DNA of 45,684 nucleotides from Spirogloea muscicola (taxonomy: Eukaryota): assembly GCA_009602725.1 (NCBI GenBank), contig WELB01000008.1, positions 258,929-304,612 of the forward strand, given 5' to 3'. Shown piece after piece: positions 37,388 to 45,684 of the stretch; positions within the stretch are counted from its first letter, which is position 1; each line of letters opens with the position of its first letter. The notes beneath the pieces are model-generated. The model was not told where the DNA came from. It did not search any database and saw only the letters and a list, made by a program, of their open reading frames with translations. A program made the position numbers and the translations under genes.

Positions 37388-37919
37388 GTCGTGCCACCTA
37401 GTATCAATTGCCAGAATACGTCAATAAGGCAAAATTGGTAAAGCTTAGGTGACATGTTGAAGTCCACGTGGCCGGCTACGCCAAACACTGTAAAAGAACG
37501 TAGAAAACGAGGAAATAGGTATTGCTTGGTTGAAGATGAGATAGAAACGTATAGAGAATGTATTGTTGAATGAGAAAGATAAACCTGGAGCGCGTGATGA
37601 AAGATTGCCAATATAGTAAAAGCGACGGAAACTCGAAGCAATCAACAGAATGCGAGGACCAGATCCGGGACTGATATCCAGTAACTGTCACATTAACAGT
37701 AACGGTAATAGTATCGTTTTTTTTAAAATAACGAAATCTCACAGCGCCCAAAAATAGGGTCTTCGGACTAGTAACCAGTATCGCTCCCAAGCACAGGTTC
37801 TTCGAACCAGTAATCAGTGTCGGCTCAAAGTATACTGAAGAAGCATGCTTGGTGCACTTAAGCTTTGAATCTATCGAGAAGAGTGCAGAATCAAGAATAG
37901 CGGGCTTCAAAATGTACAC

Positions 37920-40900
37920 ACCTTCGAATCGCTCGATATTGTAGACGACGTTGGAGACAAGCTGGCCAGGTACCTCTGAATGTCTTCACCGCTGTAGCAA
38001 TACTGCACGTGCTGTCCAGGCTCAACCTGCACAGCATCAGCGACAGGTAAGTTGCCATGATACCTGCTGTAGTGGACTGAGCGTGACTGCTGACAGGCAA
38101 TGAGCCCAGTGTGGCCGAGGATGGTCCTCAGTCTGTGAATAGCCTCTTACAGCAACTACCACAAATCTTGGCAAAGCAGTGGCAAGCCTTGGTGAGGGTG
38201 CTCTGCCCCAGTCTTAAGTAGCAACAACACAGCCAGTGGTTTTGACCTTGTAAAGTGGTGGGACGCCCATGTGGATATGCCCTCTGTCAAAGAGCTCCCT
38301 CTGCGGCCATGAGAAGTGCAACATGCACTTGCAGGCAGATGAGTGCTGCATATATCTGAGCGATGATGAGGTTGGTGCATGCAACACTGACCATGAAAGC
38401 ATTAACATTTATAGCAGGTGCAGTCTGCAAGATGGCACCAGCATACCTGGTATCTAAAGAGGAATGTCAAAAGAACTATCTACATCAGCGTTGGTCATGA
38501 TAATAATCTTGTGGTACCGCAGCGCTTGCTTGTCAAAGTATTCCCTCTACAAATTGTATCCAATTGTTATCCATCAGTGACTGCAGCAGGAAAAAATATC
38601 CTGCAAATCATACATCAGGCAATTTACAAACACTATTGCGTTATGCTGCAAAAAGTGCACAGCCATTCAAACTTCAAGCCAAGGCCCAACCCAAGGATGA
38701 GGTTCTAAAGCTCCTGATTCTTCCAAATTGCCGCGTCGTCCTTCCGTGCAATGTCCAGGATCTTCCCCCGAGGGGTAGCACAGCCTGTCATGCGATTTGT
38801 ATTATGTCAATTGTGTACCTATAGTGCCCGGCCAAAGACACCTGCTTCCTTATCAATCTGATGTCTCTCCATGGAGAGACAAGAAGCTGACAAAGACGCT
38901 CAGCTTACTCGTACGCAAGGCATGAATTAGAACCTGGAATCGACGATCGCGTCGCTGCATGGCACTGCCTCCAGCAAAGTCACCTCCAACAATTAATATT
39001 TCTGCAACGTGGCAAAGCGGAGTCCTTGCTCAATCACAGCTACATGCTACTAGCAGCTACACGTCTTGAGCTGCCAGCTGCAGCAGGTTGTAGTATGGTG
39101 TGCCCTGACCAGACAAATCGGGGTCAGTGCAGGAGCATTCTGCAAGCTTCCCAAGCAGAGTGGAAGACTTGAGCACACTCTTCCTCCAAACAAGCTCCCG
39201 AGCTTTCTATGCTGCCTCAGCTGCCTAGCAGTAAAAGCAGCTTGTTTAGAAACGTCAGATGACAAGGTACACAGCTGCTTCGTACAAAAACTTCACTGTA
39301 CATCGTACATGACAATGAGGTTTTACCCGTACAGCCTGGAGGGCCTTGTCAATGATGGCCTCCAGCGTGGAGGGGTGCGTCTCCACGTACTCTGTAACAA
39401 ATTCATCCACCGCTTGCTCCACAACCTTGCGAACCTCCGGGTTGCCGAGCCTTGTTTGCAACAGGGCCAACAATGAATTCCTCAATGAGTCCACCGACTA
39501 CTTAAAGTGACAGCAGCCACCTGGTGCCGATCCTGACGAGAGAGTGCTGCAAGAGCAACTTGTCATGATTGAAGTTGATCCGTAGAAGGAACCAGTGGGC
39601 AGCACAGGACCAAGTACCTAACTCAATCCTTCAGACTCAGGGCTGGGCACTTTGACAGCAATCACACAGGTGAGGCCCTCCCGAGCATGCTCCCCTGCGA
39701 GGTTCTCGTCCTTGTCCTGACGTGGAAGTACAATTGAGGGCTTGTCAGATCCTACAGATGGTCATCAAGGACGAGAAATGTATGACAAGCATGCAGGTCG
39801 TCAGACCGATTGTCATGGTCATCAGCCTCTTGACTAGTCTGTGCATGTGAGCTTGAACATACTTTCTTCACATGTCAAATATGCGATTCATGCAAGGAAA
39901 CACCTTGAGGAGCTTGCTCTTGCGACCTAACGTGTTAAGGGAGTGAGTGACTGCAGACACTCAACATGATTACCACCATCTGAGGTCCGTATGCTATTGG
40001 CGTAACCCCGTAAAGGATCTGTGTACGAGTTTGAGCACCTGGTGCAATGACGCATTTCAATTGAGAACTGCTCCATTACGGATAAACACATTAAAAGTAG
40101 TGCAACATTTGGAGCAAAAGACACCCTGCTCACCCTGCTCAACTGGGAAAGTGTTTCTCCTTGCCTCACCACTGTAGCGCAACATCTACAGTGACACCGT
40201 CTCTCTCCTTCTAGAACACAATAGGCTCACGGAGGTGCTCCTGAATTGGCAGACCAGTTTTTTAGGGTCAGGATGCTTAGGCACCTCTTGTGTACTACTC
40301 TTTTACGGGTTGCAACAGCACGTTCTGCAAAAAACCAAGCCCTTTGCCACATCGCCAATACAGCTTGGTGGCAGAGTGCAAGTTATGCTGCTGGTCAAAG
40401 GCCCAACCTTGTCACCATTTAGCCATGTGAGGTAGTCTTTTAGTCAATTCAGGAAGTGGAATACAGAAATGCGGCTCTTCTCTTTGACAGCATGCTCCTC
40501 GTGCAGCCTAATTTGCACCTGCATCTCACCCAAGGTCCTGATAAAAGTAGAGCTTCACACTTTCCAGGGAGGACACATTGCTACAAAAGCCAAGACGCAG
40601 CTTTGCACTAGAGAATGCAATGCATGTGTGTGTCGTTCTCATACCTTCGGATTCAGGAAGGCTAGCTCGCGTAGCAAGGATGAATAGTGCCAAAGTCAAG
40701 CCCAGTTGTGGTTGTGAGTACTGCAAGTGGAGGGGATACTGTCAGCAGCAGTGGCTCTGTACTGGCGACCTTGCATGCGGGTGGTCATCGACTGCATTTA
40801 TGACATTGAGGATGGGGGCACTTGCTCTGGGGGTCAGGCAGAGAGACCACCCTCGTGCCGGTACGGCCCTGCTCATTGTCAGGGAGAGGGTGGCTTGCCA

Positions 40901-41560
40901 GAGGCGCCACAAGCTCGCCCCTGCTGATACTCCTGCCCATTTCTCTAGACTATCACTTCCATTTTCTGCCACAGCCGGCTAGTTGCCTTGCGCACCATCA
41001 TCACAGCTCGTACTACAGGTAGAGATAATTTAGCTCCTACATTCTCCTCATCGCTCATCTGCAGGGCTTGCAAACCAAGTGGAAGGTTACGAATGAGGCA
41101 GTAGAAAGGGGACTGACCTGTGACAGAGCATTCACAACAGAGACGCCAACTCCATGAAGGCCGCCAGAGACCTTGTACCCACTGCCATCACCGCCAAATC
41201 TGCCTCCTGCATGCAGCACCTGCAGGGGCCGGGCCCAGAGCCACATCATGTGCACTCCCTTCCGCAGGATCACAGGCTGAAAGTGCTGAAGGCTGGGAGT
41301 ACATTTGCTGACTGTCGTGCAAATGAGCATGACAAGGGTTGGAACTGACTAAGACCTTCACTACCATTGCTGCACCTATGCACTTGCAACACTGACCCCT
41401 GAACCCGAAACTTACAACCACAATTTATATCCTGGGTCAGGAGGTCACCGTGTGCACTGTCTCTAGCGCTGACTTGCCCGTGGCAGGATGAAGGTTGGTC
41501 GGGATCTGCGAGGTCGAGGACGAGTCATGAGCTTCCACGGAATGGCCTTGATCTAAGTCA
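37920..41560 (-). pseudogene. gyrB: Second gyrB pseudogene, inverted, 5'-truncated, extending through TOPRIM
   Basis: [105 protein letters not shown] (for VEGDSAGGSA), LPLGGKILD, LRYHKIIIMTNADVD, PPLYK, YNIERFEG. Stops and frameshifts present; introns homologous to copy 1. Confidence 0.92.
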
Positions 41561-41713
41561 GCAAATCCAGGAAGTCTGCTAGGTTGAGACAAGTAGTAAC
41601 ACCTACACCAGGCTACACTTAGGCGATGAGTGGTAACAACTAAGTCAATTCACCTATTCTTAAGTACGACTAAGAGGTAAGGCATGCTGTGGGTTGCACC
41701 AGCATGCGGTGGT

Positions 41714-43238
41714 GATGTAGGTGGCGCACGAGGAGGCAGATCTGGCGGGGCTACAGGCGCGCCTTAAGGAGAGGCAGGATCAGATTGCAGCAAGGCTGGC
41801 TGGAGCTGCCCAGGCAAGGGCCCCTCCAGCCAACCTCCAGAGGCCTGCAGCGCCCCAGCACGACCCTGATGCTGCGGCGCCGTCAGCCCTGCAGCAAGCG
41901 GGTCTTCCGTCTGCAGCTCCGCTGCAGCACGCACCGAGCCCGGTACTACTGCCAGAGCCCGGTATCACTGGTGGGCCTTCAAGGGAGGAGCTTCCAGCAG
42001 AGGCCATTCAAGGCGGCAGCTTCCCTCTGGGCGCTGCTAATGGCAGCACGAGCTCCATACCTATGTAAGTGACAGCAAACCTGCTGCAACTATCTGACAC
42101 ATGCCCAGCCCTGCTTGACAGCCCTTGTAGATGTCAACAAAAGCACCTCACTATCCAGCATTCGGCCCATGCACGGCCCCCTGGGTTTTGCAGCAATGTG
42201 GCTCAAGATGCCTGCTTAGATTTCCGAGGAGTGAGCACTGGCACACTCCTTGCAGGGCACGCTCCTCTCAATGGCCGACTCACTGCCACCAAGGTCCAGG
42301 AACAGTCTGCCGAGCTGGCGGAGCAACAACAGGCTGCTGGGCTTGCCATGTCAAAGTTGCTGGGTGCAAGACAGGAGCAGCTGCAACAATGGAGAAGGAC
42401 CCTCGCATTGCCTGTGGCAGGGCCCACACTGTCATCGTCGGCCAAGCTCCAGTAGTGGAGCACAATGTGGTGGGCCGAGCTAGCGACCAAGGCTACACCA
42501 AATTGTGCTCCACTACTGGAGATTGTCGTAAAGGCCAACGATGACAGTGTGGGCCCTGCCACAGGCAATGCGAGAGGGTTCTGCTCCCTCGTTGGAGCTG
42601 CTCCTGTCTTGCAGCCAGCAACTCTGCCATGACAAGCCCAAAAGGCTGTTGTTGCTCCGCCAGCTTCAGCAGAGCGTTCCTGGACCTTGGTGTCAGTGAG
42701 GCGGCCATTGAGTCGAGCGTTGCCCTGCAAGGAGTGTGCCAGTGCTCACTCCTCGGAAATTTAAGCAGGCATCTTGAGCCACATTGCTGCAAAACCCAGA
42801 GGGCCGTGCATGGGCCAAATGCTGGATAGTTGAGGTGCTTTTTTGGACATCTATAAGGGCTGTCAAGCAGGGCTGGGCATATGTCAGATAGTTGCAGCAG
42901 GTTTGCTGTCACTTACGTAGGTATGGAGCTCGTGCTGCCATTAGCAGCGCCCAGAGGGAAGCTGCCGCCTTGAATGGCCTCTGCTGGAAGCTCCTCCCTT
43001 GAAGGCCCACCAGTGATACCGGGTTCGGTGCGTGCTGCAGCGGAGCTGCAGACGGAAGACCCACTTGCTGCAGGGCTGACAGCGCCGCAGCATCAGGGTT
43101 GTGCTGGGGCGCTGCAGGCCTCTGGAGGTTGGCTGGAGGGGCCCTTGGGCAGCTCCAGCCAGCCTTGCTGCAACCTGCCTCTCCTCAAGGCGCGCCTGTA
43201 CTCTTGCCAGATCTGCCTCCTCGTGCTCCACCTACATC
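41714..43238. repeat. Long imperfect inverted repeat made of MYC_N gene 3' exons
   Basis: Arms 41714-42472 and 42496-43238, 23-nt spacer; both arms are homologous to 20828-21045 joined to ~22015-22535. Confidence 0.92.
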
Positions 43239-45240
43239 GCCATGGCAGCCTACCAAATAGGAAGAGGCTGCCAAGCAGCGGCCTAGATTGTACACTTGTC
43301 TGCCGCCGCTAGTGTAAGTGGGAGATAGTGCTTACCTGCATGCCTGCAGCAAAGTGTGCAGCCCAGTCCTCTGGGTGCTGCGAGCCCAAAGATGGTACAT
43401 CACAACAAAAAGAAAGAAAAGGCAGCAGATGACATAGGCCAAATACTACACAACAGCGGAAGGGAGGATGACAGGATGCAAGTGCTGGCCCTGCTTTGGA
43501 GCCGGTGATTCAGCGCTCAACGCACTTTCTCATGCAGGGCAAGCAGGGCTTGCCACAGCTTGCACAAGGACATCTGGCAGTAGGCAAGATGCTGAAGCGA
43601 GGGCGAGAATTTGGATGCGAGGAGCACCGATATTCACCTTCTCTGAGACGGGGCCAGCGTGGTTAGCGTCAACGTCAGCTTGTTAGATCAGGCGAGGACG
43701 TCGGTCTTCCACAACGTGGCCAAGAATGTTGCAGTGTTTGCAACAGTGCGATCAGAGCAGCCAGCCAGCCCCTAGATCTATCAGCGCGGCGACTAAGTGA
43801 CAGCATCCAGCTGGCCTCCGAAAGTTGGAATGGCAGCGCGGTGGCCCATGCCCATTGGGACGGAGCGTGCCATTGTTGCCGAGCTGAATTGAACAGGGCC
43901 CGCAGCGCGGGCAGGTTGGCAATGGCGGACAGTGCGGCACCGTTCACCAGAAACTCCGGGCCTAGCCACTCTGCGAACCACCCGCGTTGCCAGCTGATGG
44001 TCACCCTGTGGTGACCGCGGCCGTGTCACAATATACGCCATCAGTGGCGCACGTCGGAGAGACCTTCACTACACGTCTTCCATACTGACGCCGCACTGAC
44101 AAGGTGTAGAAATGCTCACCAGGAGGCCTCAATCGTCATTTGGCGCCAATGTATGGCGTAAGTCCAGCCGCCATTGCTGGTGCAGAAGTCTTGGAACAGC
44201 TCGGAGTACAACCGCTCGGCGTGCAACGCATGGATTTTGCTGTGGTTGCACGCAGAGCAATTGTACGCCGAGCTGTTGCGTGTCATGTGCGCCAGCAACG
44301 GCGGCTGGACTGACGCCATACACTGGCGCCATTTGACGATCCAGGCCTCCTGGTGTGCATACCTACACCTTGTCAGTGTGGAAGACGTATAGTGAAGGTC
44401 TCCACGACGTGCCCCACCGATGGCATATATGTGATTGTGACACGGCCGCGCTCACCACAGGGTGACCATCAGCTGGCAACGCGGGTGGTTCGCTGAGGGC
44501 CTGGCCAGGAGTTTGTGGAGAACGGTGCCACACTGCTCGCCTCTGCCAACCTGCCGGTGCTGCGGGCCCTGTTCAATTCAGCTCGGCAACAATGGCACGC
44601 TCTGTCCCGATGGTGAGCTTGGGCCACCACGCTGCCATCCAACTGTCGGAGGCCAGCTGGATGGTGTCGCTTAGTCGCGGCGCTGATAGGACCTAGGGGC
44701 TGGCTGGATGCTCTGATCGAGCTGTTGCAAAGACTGCAGCATTCTTGGCCGCGTCGTGGTAGACCGAAGTTCTCGGCTGATCGATCAAGCTGACGTTGAC
44801 GCCAATCACGCTGGCCCCGTCTCAGAGAAGGTGAGGATAACAAGGTGCTCCTCGCATCCGACAACTCGCCCTCGCTTCAGCATCTCGCATACTGCCAGAT
44901 GTCCTTGTGCAAGCTGTGGCAAGCCCTGCTCGTCCTGCATGAGAAAGTGCCGTTGAGCGCTGAATCACCGGCTCCTAGGCAGGGCCAGCACATGCATCCT
45001 GTCATCCTGGCGGCTGCGGCGGAGGAGGCGCCGCGCCGAGCGCGGCGCAGCCGGCGGCGGCGGCGGCGGCGGCGGCGGTGGAGAGCTTATAGAACTCTGT
45101 GTGGCCGGAGGCGGGTGGGGTTGCGGGCGGGGCCGCCGCGGCCGCGACGGCGGCGGGGCTCGGTTGGCCTTCTGCTGCTGCTGGGCGGAGCTGCCGAAGG
45201 CGCCGAGCAGTCTCGGGCTTGCCGAGCTGCAGGGGCGGGG
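42496..45240 (-). pseudogene. Decayed minus-strand paralogue of the bHLH-MYC_N gene, interrupted by a fold-back duplication
   Basis: Minus strand carries the GC-rich 5' region (45010-45230, matching 18910-19160), GGWTYAIHWR exon (~44130-44225), TISWQRGWF (44004), exon 3 (~43640-43730), HPEDWAAHFAAGMQ (~43337-43378) and VEHEEADL (43231). Exon 5 is absent and much of exon 6 is deleted. Confidence 0.85.
43465..45008. repeat. Long imperfect inverted repeat made of MYC_N gene 5' exons 1-3 with introns
   Basis: Arms 43465-44227 and 44245-45008, 17-nt spacer; homologous to ~19487-20250. Confidence 0.92.
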
Positions 45241-45244
45241 GGCG

Positions 45245-45445
45245 GGGAAGAGAGAAGGCGCGCGGAGCGCATGCATCCGAAAGGGAGGCCAATCCAAGCC
45301 TTACAGATGTCCTGTTACGGGGTAATGAGCTAGCTAAGGGGGACACTAAATATCGCCGAGTGAACATGCATACCTGACAAGCTAAGCGAGGAGCCAAACC
45401 ACCACCACGGCAGCCATTGGCCTGGGCTAATGCGCGCCCAGCACG
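45245..45445 (-). mobile_element. Degenerate CRE lineage-A 3' end
   Basis: RAGRALAQANGCRGGG..., then GGCTTGGATTGGCCTCCCTTTCGGATGCATGCGCTCCGCGCGCCTTCTCTCTT. Confidence 0.7.
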
Positions 45446-45684
45446 CTGTGTATCGCAAGTGCCTGGGAGCGCTGTGTTAAAGAGATCAAGTACGCCGACC
45501 ATCCGCCGGAAGACGAGTTCTTCCCGTTGGCAATTGACATCCATGGGGCACTGGGCGCTCGGTGGCTTGAGCTACTTAACCAGCTCGCCCGCCACGCAAT
45601 CGCCCGTCGCTTCCATGGTGAACCGGTAGACTTTCCTGCAGCCGGGTCGCTGGCGCAAGTGTATCGCATGCGCTTGGCCGTCTC
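45446..45684 (+). mobile_element. CRE lineage-C RLE fragment, runs off the window end
   Basis: EIKYADHPPEDEFFPLAIDIHGALGARWLELLNQL.RHAIARRFHGEPVDFPAAG.LAQVYRMRLAV, very close to 26305-26510 (reverse complement). Confidence 0.88.

Overview
GC-rich, intron-containing eukaryotic nuclear DNA, probably a streptophyte alga (inferred from an LHW-type bHLH-MYC_N gene, a nuclear organellar gyrB, and short GT-AG introns with TGCAG acceptors). Recognisable genes: a 9-exon bacterial-type/class IV-like histone deacetylase (318-3105, one apparent 1-nt frameshift); an apparently intact bHLH-MYC_N-domain gene with no visible bHLH domain (19468-23094); two gyrB pseudogenes in opposite orientation; and decayed copies of the MYC_N gene folded into two adjacent hairpins with ~760-bp arms (41.7-45.0 kb). 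The order MYC_N(+), gyrB(+), gyrB(-), MYC_N(-) suggests an old inverted segmental duplication spanning ~18.8-45.3 kb. Much of the rest is CRE-clade (RLE-type) non-LTR retrotransposon: one near-full-length decayed copy (26.0-30.1 kb), many 5'-truncated copies from about six lineages, and dozens of 20-100 bp 3'-terminal stem-loop modules. The modules share one architecture, form head-to-tail chains, and in four cases are flanked by target-site duplications. All calls were made by eye; coordinates of decayed features are approximate.
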